Positions 49,375 through 63,015 of a DNA stretch of 64,000 nt are shown here, one piece after another. How positions within the stretch are numbered: the first letter of the stretch is position 1; each line of letters starts with the position of its first letter. The stretch comes from Octopus sinensis. Taxonomy: Eukaryota. The notes under the pieces were generated by a model, which was not told where the DNA came from, ran no database searches, and saw only the letters and a program-made list of their open reading frames with translations. The DNA is taken from NCBI RefSeq assembly GCF_006345805.1, contig NC_042998.1, forward strand, positions 168,082,001 through 168,146,000, read 5' to 3'. The translations under genes and the position numbers were made by a program.

Positions 49375-52237
49375 GTGTGTGTGTCTATTACTGTAGATAA
49401 TTTCCCCGAAGGGAGGCTTAAAAATATTTTTCACTAAACACAAGTATTTTTGATTCGCAACGGTACCGAGCTCCGAGCTTGCCAATGTTCACGCTGTCTT
49501 TTTTTCCCAGTGACATATTTCTCAGGGAATTTTTCCTATGTCTTTTTTCCCGCCTAAATGACTGCAATTAAAGAGGAATATACTTTGCGTTTTATATATA
49601 AATATAAATTAATCGATGCGAACTAACAGAAATAATTCAGGGTGAACAATGGCATGTTTTCGAAGAACAACAATGAATAAAGATATATTAAATATCATAC
49701 AAGATAAACTTCTCTTTTATAAAGATCATCCTCATTTCTTGGGAAACAAATAACGATCGCGTTGAAAGCAAATGGAAAATACACCAAAGAAGGAGAAGAT
49801 ATGATCTCAAAACTTAAGAATTCTCCAAAATAGGCATGTCATACATGGCTATGTATTTATTTATGTCATCAAGGAATATATCAGTACTTATGGCACTTAT
49901 CAGGTCAGACTGTTACTGTCGGTTTGTGTGGTAATATTTAGGACGAAAACTACGGCATCAGTTTGACCAGTTATGTACCATAAGCAGTAATATATTGCTT
50001 GACCACATAAAAATATATTCACTTTATTGCTTATATTGAGAGTCTTTTACATTTCCCTCTCTCTCTCTCTTTCATACACACACACACTTTCTCTCTTTCA
50101 CACTCCCTTTTCATTTGTATAAATACGTACATATTGCTGCTATTATGCAAAAGTGTCATAAGTACAAAACGTTTTTTGGGAGCTAGCGAAGTACACCTCA
50201 TTGAGTATTTATTACTTCCAAGTTTCTGCTAGTTAAGACACCAGGATTTTACCTGCTCCATTTCTCACTTTGGATACACATACACACACGAGCGCGCGCA
50301 TGCACACATATATACACTTCTATATATTACACACACACATATATGTATAAATTATATATATCACACATACACATATATATATTACGTACATACATATATA
50401 TACATATACATGCATATATCGTTCACACACATTCATTACAAATGCGTATACACGAGCAATACGCAATACATATTTTCCCCTGCATCTGTCTTCACGCATG
50501 CGCGCGTGTATTTCTGTGTTAGTATGCACAAGTGCATGACTGATATTCCGACACTGATGCCTGGCCACTTCTTTATGTGTGTGGGGTCCAGGTGTCTGGA
50601 AGATACTGCGTGGCGTTGTATTTAGTTTCAGACTTTTGCGCCTTCATGTTATTATAGTTGGGGGCTAGGGAGACTATTGCCGCCATCATAATATACTTCT
50701 ACTAAATTATCAAATAAGTTTCTGGTAGCTTTAGTTAGCGAAAAAGCTATTAACGTGGCGGCAGTCGCGTATGAAAATTACCCTGAATTATTATTACGTG
50801 ACATATTATTAGTCTGGCAAAATGGATAATCCGACACTGAGTCTGGAAACCAGGGAGCTAAAAATTATGTTGTGTACTGTAAATTATGTGTATATCATTC
50901 TGTGTGTGTGTGCGCGCACGCGTTTGGGTACATACATATAAACATGCATATATATATATATATGTATGTATGTATATGCACATATGGTCAATTATATATA
51001 TATATATTTATACATGTATATATATATATATATATAAACATATATATATATAGATAGATAGATAGAGAGAGATATGCATACATTTACATACACACACACA
51101 CATACACATATATATATGCAGCTTATATATAAATGAGTGCATGGATTAAAAGTTATATGAATAAAAATAGAATTTTTTTGTTAAAAATGTATGATGCGCA
51201 AATTTGAAAAAAAGGATTTTCTAGAAAGTGAGTATGATATATATTAGAAAAATGGCACTGAACTCCATGAATTTCTAGTCGTACATTAGATTATGAACTT
51301 GAAGGTTTGTAAATTGCATAATAAGAATTTGGGCGTGTGTCAAACGGTTGACAATAGCATTTATATGAGACCAATCCTGAAAAACATGTATGGCCGAGGT
51401 TTGAAAGAAGATACTACAATCAAATTTACACTTTTGTATACTGCGTGGAAAGCTAGGTTATTCAACTACATGACATCACATAGACAATTATTGAGATACT
51501 ATAGAAAGGTAAAAGAAAGAAAAGTAAAAGAAAATAAAAATGGAGAAATGCTTTATCCTTAAATAAAACGCAATCCTGATTTCTATGTGAACACTAGATT
51601 CGAGATTTTCGAAAAATGTAGACATTACGGTAAACAACTATTACAAAACTGTTCGCTATATTACCGCTATCGGTCTAACTACAGTCGCAAATAATCTCCC
51701 GACTGTTCACCATATCTTGCAGTCTCTTTCCCTTCATACATCTTTCTGTAGAGGTTGTAAGAATTGACGTTGGCCTTTACGCTGAAATGCATGTAAAAGT
51801 GGTACAAAAATCTAGTGGGGTATAACATTTAGACAAAAAGGAATATCCATTATGTGTTGATTAATCCCAGATTAGCTTATATTGGGTAGATTTTAGGGTT
51901 GTCCAGTTCTACATGGCTTAAATAAAATTTCCTTATTTCAAAGATTTTGCTGCTATATCTCGCATATTGAGCAAGGTTCCCTCATTGCCTCTATATCTAT
52001 CATGTTCAATGAATTTATTAATGACAGTGGCAGAAATGGTAAAAGATCTTAGATAGGAACAAGGATAGTTTAAATAAGTATCATTCTATATTTGAGATGA
52101 GGTGTCTAACATATTAAATCCAAATTCATACCACTAAATGAAATGTTAGAGGGAAAAAAGCTTGCTATTTCTATTGGTAAAATCTTTTTTTTTTTGTTAG
52201 GAAGTTCTCGTAAGTTACAGTATTCTCCATCGTAGTA

Positions 52238-52752
52238 CCGTAAATCTTCGAGTATAGTCCGCCCTTGAGTATAATAAGCAGGGAATTTTTAGGGGGTTGT
52301 ACCTCTGAAAAACCTAAACCTTGAGTATAATACGCACCCTTTCTCTAACTTGAGTCGTGCGTAATTAAGACAGCAGAACCTGGTCGAATAAACACTTCCG
52401 CGCATGCATAATACAGTAATGGTGATGTTCTTAACTGTTATATGGGAATGAAATATGTTTGCAAATTGCTTTTGTTACATGTTATTCTGTGTTCTGAATA
52501 CTTTTATTTTAATAAATGTTGCTTACTGCAAGTTATGGATGATTCTTTTATGACTTCATTGCTTTCAGGTTTAGCTTAAGGTATTTTCGCGCCCAACAAA
52601 ATGCGTCTGAATAAACATTGCCGGACAGCAAATAGAGACTCGGACATTGCTTAGAAAATATTTTTCATTTTTAACCTCGTATATAGTACGCACTAGGGAT
52701 TTTGACATTTAAATTTTGGAAAAAAATGCGGATTATACTCGAGGATTTACGG
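52238..52752. mobile_element. Tc2/pogo-like MITE, 515 bp
   Basis: 25-bp TIR ccgtaaatc(c/t)tcgagtata(a/g)tccgc (23/25), TA on both sides. Confidence 0.88.
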
Positions 52753-53089
52753 TATTAGACGTATTTTCAAGTTAGCTAGAAGTGAAATCAGAGTGGTTTA
52801 GGTATTCGACCTTTAGGTCATTGCATGTCCTTATCCATACACACACACACACCACACACACACACACACACGTACGCACATATATATATAATGCAAGCTT
52901 ACACACATGCATTGATGTTTTCATGGTTGTGTCTCGTAGTCCGAGAAAGATGGTTCTGCGATTTCTTACTGACAACCTGCCCAGACGATTTGTTTATAGT
53001 GATCAAATGTTTATGCTACACATTAGCTCTCTCCTTCCCTCCATTCAACGTTGCCTATACAAGCGCACGGTGCGCCATACATTTTATGC

Positions 53090-53220
53090 CGAAGTAATCA
53101 TAGTACAGCGCAAGATGAAGTATTTTGCTCAAGAACACGACACAACGCCCACTCCAGAAATCGAACACACGATCTCGCGATCGTGAATACCGCAGACTAA
53201 CCACTAGGCCCCGCGTCTTC
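53090..53220 (-). mobile_element. SINE family B head fragment
   Basis: ttttgctcaagaacacgac..ctaaccactagg. Confidence 0.7.
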
Positions 53221-53664
53221 AAACAATCAAAACATGCATACGTACATTTATTTATTTATTTTATTTATTATGAGCTGAGCACAGCAGGACAAGAGGTAAA
53301 CACATCAGTAAGCCAAGTCTGTTGGCTGCCTAATATTCGGGAATGAAGTCACCTCATTTCATCTAGAGCTGTAATGGCCTTGAGAAAGACATATTTGTCA
53401 CATAATGCCCTTCCATGTTTTGGCCTTGCGCCGAAATAAGGAATCAATTACAAAGCACAGAATACAAATACATCTGTACAAACACATACACACATATAAG
53501 TACACATATCTACATCGCCAAATTTAAATAAAACACATGTAATGTACATACATTTACACACAAACACATACGTATATGTGTGCTGTGCGTGTGTGTATGT
53601 ATGTATATACTTCTTTATATATATACACAGATATATGTGTGTGTCTGTGTGTATGCGTGTGTGC

Positions 53665-53718
<54 letters not shown>

Positions 53719-53753
53719 TGTGTGTGTATGTATGTATGTATGTATATATATAT

Positions 53754-53787
<34 letters not shown>

Positions 53788-54249
53788 AGTACTTGTATAT
53801 CAGCTTTTGGATGCTGTGTATCTGTGTACAGTAGCGTTACACAAATATACATAGCCTATCCCTCCCCCTTTCCTCTCCATCTTTCCCCCCTCACCCAGTA
53901 CACACACTCTCGTTTTGCGCCCTTGTATCCGCTTCTCTCTCACCTCTCTCTCCTTTTCTGTTTGCTTTGCCTAAACAAATCGATAAATGTGGAGACAGGT
54001 CTCGATATGTAAATCGACTTTGGAGAAGGAAAAGTGGTCTTAGCATATCCGGTGTGTTACGGATAAATATATAGTATGATATGGAAATGTTTATGCGGTA
54101 GCCATCTTATACAAAACAGTTAACAAGGAGACCACACAAAGTATTGCAGACGATCGCTTTCCTTCGACTTGACACACGCGCCAGCGCATGTGAAGTGCAT
54201 ACCAATGGATATTTGAAATAGCCAAGTCCCGATGACACTAAATAAACAT

Positions 54250-54890
54250 TTCAATAGAAAGGACGAAAGAGAGGATATGAAGGATACGATGGTAAAAATA
54301 AAAGAAAATCTACTGAAAAATAAGCAAATGAAAGCAGGAATAACAAAAAGAAAAAAGAACAATGGAAATGATAACAAAGAGAAGCAGAAATAAAGGTAGG
54401 TATGAAAAAAAGGGAGATAAACAGAAGGCAGGTAACAAGTATAAGAGAGAGTAAAGGGAAGAGAAAAAGAGAGGTTGAAATGAAAAGGGAAAAGCTGATG
54501 TGAAGAAAGGTTTTGAAAGCAAAAATAATAAAAGGATTGAAAGATGAAGAAAAAAGGTAAAGATGAGTCTGATGTCGGTGAAGGAAAAATAGAATGATGG
54601 GATATAGAAAGCGGGGGGAAAGAAAGATAAGAAGAAAAGAATGAAAACATTGAAACATGGTCAGAGAAAGAAGATTGTAAAAAAAAAAAAAGGAGTGAAA
54701 ATGATAGCAGAAACTTGTAAGAATGGAAGATAGAAAGACTAAAGAAAGAAGTAAAAAAATGGAAGGAAAGAAAGATAGAATGAAAATAGGAAAGGAAAGG
54801 TGGAAAAAAGAAAAAAACGTTAAAAAGGAAAGAGAAAGAAATGGAAAGAAAAAACTTAAAAAAAAAAACAAAAAGGGAAAAGTCCATACA
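54250..54890 (+). repeat. Purine-rich low-complexity tract
   Basis: Directly visible; it generates the spurious F/S/L-rich minus-strand ORFs. Confidence 0.85.
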
Positions 54891-55100
54891 AGCGCACACT
54901 TAGCTGTTCTGTTTATCTAAACAAGAATCGTCAAGACCAGAAAGAAGTAGATTTAAACACAATTTACGCGCAGTTAAATATTAGGTCACAGATCAATATA
55001 CTTGTCATGTACTCAGTACGTGACCTATCACTGACCTATCATACGAGTTTTGCCACTGTTATGGCCATGCCGCTGAGGCCGAGGAGCAGAGTAAACGGTA

Positions 55101-55980
55101 TAGAGTCAAGTTAAATGTATTCCGATTCTTTGTAAGGTCCTCAGTATCATCTGGAGGTTCAAATCACTCCATGATTGACCTTACATAACATTTTTAATTG
55201 GGGATTTAGTTAATGACAACTTCACCACTTCATTATAAACCGTGTGCAAGAAACGTTAGCCCACCGGGCGAAATGCGTAGCCGTTACGTTCTGAGTTCAA
55301 ATTCCGCCGAGATTGACTTTACCTTTCATCTTTTCGGGGTAGATAAATTAAGTACCAGTTACGCACTGGGGTCGTTATAATCGACTTAATCCGTTTGTCT
55401 GTCCTTGTTTGTCCTCTCTGTGTTTAGCCCCTTGTGGGTAGTAAAGAAATAGGAATAGTATCAACTTAAATGCATTCCGATTCTCTGTATGGTCCTCAGT
55501 ATCATCTGGAGGTTCAAATCATTCCATCATTTATCTTACAAGATATTTTTAATTGGGGATTTGTTTAACGACAACTTCACTACATCATTCTTAACCGTGT
55601 GCAAGGCGGCGAGCTGGCGGAATCGTTAGCTCTTCGGGAAAAATGCTTAGCGGCATTTCGTCTGTCTTTATGTTCTGAGTTCAAATTCTGCCGAGGTCGA
55701 CTTTGCCTTTCGTCCTTTCGAGGTCGATAAAACAAGTACAAGTTGAGCTTAGGGTTAATGTAATTGACATACCCCTTTCCTCGAAATGTCAAGCCCCTTG
55801 ATGATAGTAGAAAGGGTTATTAACCATGCGCCACGATATGAGTTTAAATTCCGCCGATGTCGACTTTGCCTTTCACCCTTCCGGGGTCGATAAAATAAGT
55901 ACCAGTTGAACACTGGGGTCGATGTTATTGACTTATCCCTTCCCCCGAAATTGCTGGCCTTGTGTCACAATTTGAAACCA
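55101..55980 (+). repeat. Tandem duplication (period about 355 bp) of a 150-bp unique segment, each copy followed by a SINE C, plus a further SINE C
   Basis: 55101-55250 matches 55456-55605. Confidence 0.85.
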
Positions 55981-56039
55981 TTATGAATAAATGTTGTTGT
56001 CACGTTGGTTATTGCTTTATAGCAAGACAACAAGACAAT

Positions 56040-56195
56040 TGCATCGAAGCCAGTACTTAAATGACACTTTACCGACCTTCAACGGATGAAAGTCAAAGCT
56101 GACCTCGATGGAGTTTGAACTCGGTGCGTGAAGTGCTGAAAGAAATGCCGCTAAGCATCCTATTCGAAGCGCTAACGATCCTGTCAGCTCCTCGC
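56040..56195 (-). mobile_element. SINE family C, diverged
   Basis: ggatgaaagtcaaagctgacctcgatggagtttgaactc. Confidence 0.7.
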
Positions 56196-56865
56196 CTGAA
56201 GCAAAAATGAAGGAGATAATTATATCTTTTAGTCTTTTCTAAAAAAAAAAAGCTCGTAGAAAGTAGCCAACAGAAGAGTCTGTAGATGATTGCGCTTACT
56301 GTTAGTTAATAACAGCAAAATTTCTTTAAAAATACGTCCTATGTTCTTAAAAAAACAAAAGACACGCTGGATACATTGCGTTTGGATGTCGTGAGTGAAA
56401 TGTTTTTGATAATATATCGTTTTTATTACAGCAGACTTTGACATTAATGCCGGGCGATACATAAATGATATTAAATGTTATATGTTCTATTTATCGTGGC
56501 ATATTATCCTGGATTCAGTTACAATGCATGGCACCTTGGGCAGATGTCTTTTCTACTATAGCCTTGGGTCGACTAAAGCCATGTGCGAAGATTTGGTATT
56601 AAAAGAAGCCTGCCGTATATATTATACATATGCACACACACGCACACACTCACATTACACACGCGCGCACGCACCTACACACACACACACACACACACAA
56701 ACACATACATATATGGGTGGGTGGTTCGATATTCTCGAAAGGTTGGACATGTCTTTCAGATTCATCGTTGATGGTAATTACATATATTGTTATTGCTTGA
56801 TTGACTTCATGGATAATCGTGTTATGTTGGAATAATATTTAAAGGTTTCTACTTTTTGTAGGACT

Positions 56866-56906
<41 letters not shown>

Positions 56907-57293
56907 TCCACGAGTTTTCTTATAAACGCTGTAAAGACGTTTTCCGATTCAAAATTTTAGTTCATTGCTAAACCTCGCCAAGATAAATATTTCAATTAAC
57001 CTGAAGATTGACTGTAACCATAATTCGAATTATTACGAATTGTACAGCCATGAAACGATCGTAGTGTTTTACTCTTTATCTTTTATTAAACTTTTAATAC
57101 TTTTGATATATATTTAAAATAATATAAATTAATTAATTTTATGTATTGGCTTATGCTTTTCATTGTTTGATTTACCTAATAGTGGTTTTATCTCTAATTT
57201 AATATAATATAATATAATATATTTTACTATAAAATTGGATTTAATCCTAAATCTGATTTTTCCCTATAAGTTTGGATTTATTCCTTAATATTT

Positions 57294-57341
<48 letters not shown>

Positions 57342-57375
57342 TATGTATGTATATATATATATATTATATATATAT

Positions 57376-57412
<37 letters not shown>

Positions 57413-57459
57413 GGAAGAATGTGTGAGTGAGTTCGATAAACAGATGCCTGAGTTAGATA

Positions 57460-57848
57460 GATGCGTGGTAAGAAGTTTGCTTCCAAACCATATGATTCTG
57501 TGTTCAATCTCACTGCGTGGCACTTCCGTTATATCACCTGGCTGGCCGAAATCTTGAGAGTGGATTTAGTTGACGGAACCGAAAGAAGTCCATCGTATAT
57601 ATTTATCTCTCTATATATATTTATCTTTATGCATGTTTCTTCGTGTGTATGTTTGTCCCCTACCCCTGCATGAAAATCGGTGTTGGTGTGTTTACATCCC
57701 CGTAACTTAGAGAGACCGACTGAATAAGTACCTAACTTTTAAAAAAGTAGAAGTACTAGGGGGTCGATTCGTTCGCCTAAAAATTCTTCAAGGCGGTGCA
57801 CCGGCATGGCCGCAGTCTAATGACTGAAACAAATAAAAGATAAAAGAT
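57460..57848 (+). mobile_element. SINE family D
   Basis: Head and tail match; a further head fragment at 56500-56620. Confidence 0.8.
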
Positions 57849-58023
57849 ATGTGTCAGGGGGAATATGCATGTATATGCTTGTACCACGTAACATTATTGA
57901 TTGGGCCAAAGGGATGATGAAATAAGTATCAGGTTTAAAACTTAAAAACAACTGGAGTTAGCTTCTTCAATTAACACCTTCCAAGAGGTGCACCAGCATG
58001 GCTGAAACAAGAAATAAAAGATA

Positions 58024-58350
58024 AACAAGAGCACCTAGAGAGCGCAAACCTCCACCAAGGCAACACCAATGTCCTCTCAATGATTAGCCAGAGATGATTT
58101 TTAAAATGAGAATATCTGAAATAAATTCGACTGCTCTCACAAACGAGAATACTAAAAATGAACCTGACCGCTCTCAAAAATAAAGTAAAAAAAAACAAAC
58201 AAGAAACATAATCCCCAATCCTTTTCCGGTACCGGATCGACCCCAAAATCTAATCAGTTCGTAACAGTCACGAAGCCAAACGTCCCTGAAAGTTTCATCC
58301 GAATCCATCCTCCGGTTCTTGAGATATCTTGTCCACGGACAAACAAACAC
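58024..58350 (+). mobile_element. Helentron-associated (HINE/DINE-like) non-autonomous element, 3'-truncated
   Basis: acaagagc..aacctccaccaagg start, aaagtttcatccgaatccatcc..cggttcttgagatatc core, caaa microsatellite end. Confidence 0.5.
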
Positions 58351-58929
58351 AATATGATACGTGTTGCCTCATTATAAATCCAGATTTTTTTTAATGAGGA
58401 TGGCCTTTACATATAATATAATGTGATTCATTCAACCGATCTTATTTATGGTTAAAAAAATAAGTAAGCTGAATTACTGTATGACATGTTTAATGCTTCG
58501 AAGAATAGATTAGCATGACTCTTAATTACCTTCTAGCAAAAGATGAAGTAGCTACCCCATTTGCCGTTGCCATTCTGTCTAATTGTTTTGCTTTGTTTAA
58601 TTACAAGTGTATTTGATGGAAGTATTGATGCAATCAACCTTAATTACTCGGTCGTTCATGAAAGTTGAAAGCAGTATAAATGGAATAATAGTAATAACGC
58701 ATTTACCATAAATACGGACATCATACATGATAGCTACCAAGTCGAAGATGAATATGACCATCACTGACAAATTCTCTTATACGAGATGTTAAATGCAATG
58801 GCTGTCAGGAATGCCCATGCTGAAAATTAAAGTCAATAGCAGCTTGTACGACATTTCTGAGATTCTCACCTACAAAGATTCGCAGCGACAAGCAAGAGTA
58901 AGATCTCCGGCTTCGCAATGAGATGGATA

Positions 58930-59160
58930 TTATTTTGAAGTTTCCTTCTCCTAGAGAGATGTCTAAACAATGACTAGGTGTTTCCCACTCTCAGCTGTTG
59001 GTTGGTCCTTGACAAGTTTTGTCTTTTTGTTGGGTGCAGGGCATCCAACGAAAACCATCCTCCTTACTAAGCAGGTTTGGTAGGGTTACCGGTTTAATTG
59101 CCGATAGTCCGATCATGCAACAGGTTGCACTGGGTTATATGTTACCAGTAGCACTAAGAG
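58930..59160 (-). mobile_element. Possible RTE-type 5' UTR remnant
   Basis: Resembles RTE 5' sequence (gtttccttctcctag, aaggaggatggtt); recognition only. Confidence 0.3.
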
Positions 59161-59199
59161 TGACCTGCTACATACATACATGCATATATGATGGCCGTC

Positions 59200-59570
59200 C
59201 ACTCGTGACCAAGGAAGACCATTGCCGACCTTCAGGAACATTGTGCGCTGGTAGTAGACAAGTTTGTCTACCTGGGCAGCACATTCAGCCGTTCTTGCTC
59301 CCTGGATGAGGAAATATCTTTCAGGTTGCAGAGAGCAACTAATTCCTTCCGGTCTCTTCAGTCTCGTGTCTGGTCCCAACATGGCATCGCAAGGAGAACA
59401 AAAGTTGCTGTGTACCGTGCTTGTGTACTGACATCGCTTCTCTACTCATGTGAGACATGGACTCTGTACAAACGTCAGGTAAGGGTCCTTGAACGTTTTC
59501 ATCAGAGATGTCTCAGACACATTCTCACTGTTGCTGGACCTCAAAAATTCCAGATACACAGATCCTAAGG
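59200..59570 (+). mobile_element. RTE-clade LINE, fragment C-terminal to the RT core
   Basis: VDKFVYLGST..DEEISFRLQRA..TKVAVYRACVLTSLLYSCETWTLY..LERFHQRCLRHIL. Confidence 0.9.
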
Positions 59571-59635
59571 ACATGCATACATACATACATAAACACACAT
59601 ATACACACATTTATGTGTAAATGTAGCATGTGTGT

Positions 59636-59687
<52 letters not shown>

Positions 59688-60894
59688 GTGTATGTGTATT
59701 TGTATGCATGCACATATGCATGTATGTATGCATGTACGTATGCACATACGTGTGTATATATGTGTGCATATGAGAGAAAGAAAAGTCATGTTGGTTTGAT
59801 AACGAAAGTAACACTTTCCACCCATGTTGAATTTATTTAGCATCTGTTCCGTTAGGACGGTCACGCATGACTAAATGTCTATTCATTGTTATATCATTAA
59901 CTCTATGATGTGTTATGCAAAAATTTTCTATTGATTGTTTATTTGTTTCTTCTATGAAATTAGCTATATTACTCAAGTAACGAAGTGACTTATCTATTGA
60001 GTTAACATCTGTCACCCGTAGAGAGACATCCAACAGCACAATCATTCATACTATAGTCAGTGAAGCATTCATCCAATTATTTATCATCTAGCCAGGCATA
60101 CTTCCCAAAGAGTATTAACATTACCGTAAGTCACTCATTTATTCAGCCAGTCAAACGATCACTCATTCAGCCATGGAATCCGTCCAATCGGCGAGCAATG
60201 GTTTCTATTTAAATTTCTAATATTCCAATACAACATAGAAAACAAACTGAATCCACAAGGAGCTCTGTAGATGTAATCCAGAATACACGTATACCTCGCC
60301 TCACGTCGGTAACTGATTTCAAGATATGCGACTCAACTCAAAAAACGACGCAACACGAAAATTCATTTTAAAATTTTTATTAGCTTATATTTGTTTCACA
60401 CACATTTTCACGTATTTTATTTGATTTTCCGATTCAGTATTGGTTTTTGGGTGTTTTTCTTTTATTTCTATGTTTCTAAATCGACTGAAGTTGAGGTTTA
60501 TTTTCTCCATTGATTTCTTTAAAACACGACATAAAGTTTAAAAAAGACGTCACCGGCATGACGTAAGATGAGGTATACCTATAGATATTGTTTGCGAAAA
60601 TATTTTTTTACTCATGTGAAAGGATATATTATTATTAACACATACGGGGCCTCACGTTTTGTAATTTCGGAATTTTGAATTTTGCATTCCTTATTAAGCA
60701 TCCTTATTAATTACAATCTCCCTATAATTAACGGGAAGTATGGAGAAGCTAAGTTGTATTACGTAATGCAGGAAATAACTATATTGGCAAATTAGGTCTT
60801 TAATAAAGCATTGGAATGTTCAGTTTTCGTACACATATATATTATATATACATACATACATATGTGAGAGTTTGTATAGGCACATGCATATTTA

Positions 60895-61310
60895 TGCTGT
60901 AAGAAGTTTGCTTCCAAATCACGTCGCACCTTGCGCAAGGTTTTTTTTTTTTAGTGCTGGGCCGACCAAAGCCATGTAAATGAGTTTGGTAGACCGAAAC
61001 TGAAAGAACTAGTCGTATAAAAAACGTGTGTGTACGTGAGTGCGTACGTGAGTGCGCGCGTATGTGTGTACGTGTGTGTATGTGTGAGTGCATGTGTGTG
61101 AGTGCGTGTGTGTGTGTATGTGTGTGTGTGTGTGTGTCTTAGTGATTTTGACTGTCCCAATATTGCTTAGTAACTAATGCTGGTTTGTTTATGTCCCCAT
61201 GAGTTAGCGGTTCGATAAAAAAATACTGGTATCAATTTGTTCCACTAAACTACCCTTCAAAGAGTTGCCCCAGCATGGCATAAGTCGATTGACTGAAACG
61301 AGTAAAAGAC
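60895..61310 (+). mobile_element. SINE family D, diverged
   Basis: Head and tail match. Confidence 0.7.
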
Positions 61311-61313
61311 ATG

Positions 61314-61353
<40 letters not shown>

Positions 61354-61375
61354 AACACAAACGAGCACATATATA

Positions 61376-62223
61376 CGTGGTCTGATCAATAAGTATCCGG
61401 ATAGTTGTCATAATAACGAAGCCAAAGCATGCAGAGTAAATCCGCTTGGCACAGATTGACCTTGAACTCTGCTGTGCATGGGCTCTAAGTTTTAACGTTC
61501 TAGCTCATTTCCGCTATTTCCAGCAGTGCTTGGAAGTAATGCGTGTAGGGTGTGTTCGTCGCATTGACCATGACAGAAAACTGTGCAGAGAATCTACATC
61601 AAATTTTGTCAAAAGCTTAGCGATACCTACGCAAAATTTTCAAAAAGTTATCATCGTTCTCGACACAATCAAAGAGATCTTGTGCAACTGAAACCCGAGT
61701 GACTTTTTAGTCAGCTGAAAGCAGTTTTGGCACAAATTTGGCAGACACGCGTCTCTTGCTCAAATCTTCAGTGATAATGGACTGAACTGCACATACTCCA
61801 ATAACTCACGGATGGTGATTCGACGATTTTGCTTCACAGCTGCAAGAACATCTCTGATTTTTTCCTCTGTTCTGCTGGGTAGGTTTTCCCAGAACGTTCG
61901 TCACTATCGACATTTTTTCGGCCTTCGTCGAAATGTCTGACCCTGTCGTACACTTGTGTGTGACGCAGACACTCCTCACCATACACTTTCTGCAACTTTG
62001 TGTCGGCCTCTGAGCAGGTATCACCATAACAACTTTCTCTGTCATGGTCAATGCGACGTTCACACGTTACTCCGAAGCACTGCTGTAAACAGCGGAAATG
62101 CGTGTTAAAACTTAGTGCACATGCACAACAGAGTTCAAGGTGAATCTGTGCAAGCGGCTTCCTTCTGTGTGCTTTAGCTTTGTCACTATGGCAACGGTCC
62201 TGATACTTATTGATCAGACCTTA
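61376..62223. mobile_element. mariner derivative made of two inverted 5' ends
   Basis: Both ends read ggtctgatcaataagtatc plus 5' UTR plus an ATG ACA GA start; the minus strand carries the transposase N-half (..RRVSAKFVPKLLS..). Confidence 0.85.
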
Positions 62224-62231
62224 CATATTTG

Positions 62232-62560
62232 GTAACCCCCTTCGGTCAGACACTGACCATGGGTTTGCACCTAGAGAGTTACCCTCTGAGGCACAAGTCC
62301 AGGCAAGGTTGTTTATGGAAGACCAGCAGTCGCCAATGCATACCGACCTCCCCTCTCCACGTCACCGATGCTGTCCAAGGGAAAGGCAAGGGCCGATACA
62401 GCTTGGCACCTGTGACGTCGCAACTCATTTCTACAGCTGAGTGAACTGGAGCAACGTGAAATAAAGTGTCTTGCTCAAGAACACAACACGCAGCCCGATC
62501 CGGGAATCGAGCTCACAACCTCACGATCGTAAGCTCGACGCTCTAACCACTGAGCCACGG
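62232..62560 (-). mobile_element. SINE family B
   Basis: Near-identical in antisense to 6260-6570. Confidence 0.9.
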
Positions 62561-62978
62561 TATTATTGTATGCATGTAAGATTCCAATATTTGTATACAT
62601 GTAAGACCATTTTGCCTAAAAAGTGGATCTACAAATTCAATATCACTACATATCTCACATCTATTTTCTTTCCCCCCACCTCACTCACTATTTTGTATCA
62701 TATTTAAATTGACTATTATTTAACTATCCTCTCACACCGTTTCCCATAAAGGGATATAATAAATATCCTGGAAACATCTGTAAGACTTTCTATCTATAAA
62801 TGTTCTAAAATCTACTCAGCCTTGGTTTTTTTTTATCTCATTATGGCATATGACCAACGTTGAACCCCTTATTCGCAAACTCACCGAACTGGGAACGTAG
62901 CTATGGTCTATCTATAGCACTTATTCAGCAACACCTGACACCTTTAGGTCTCAATGACCATTACCTCGCATAACCTCC

Positions 62979-63015
<37 letters not shown>

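Noticed and set aside
51293-51562. 89-aa ORF in unique sequence
   Set aside because: No recognisable motif, codon bias or splice context.
54120-54899. Longest ORF (259 aa, minus strand)
   Set aside because: F/S/L low-complexity product of a stop-poor pyrimidine tract; overlapping frames are equally open.
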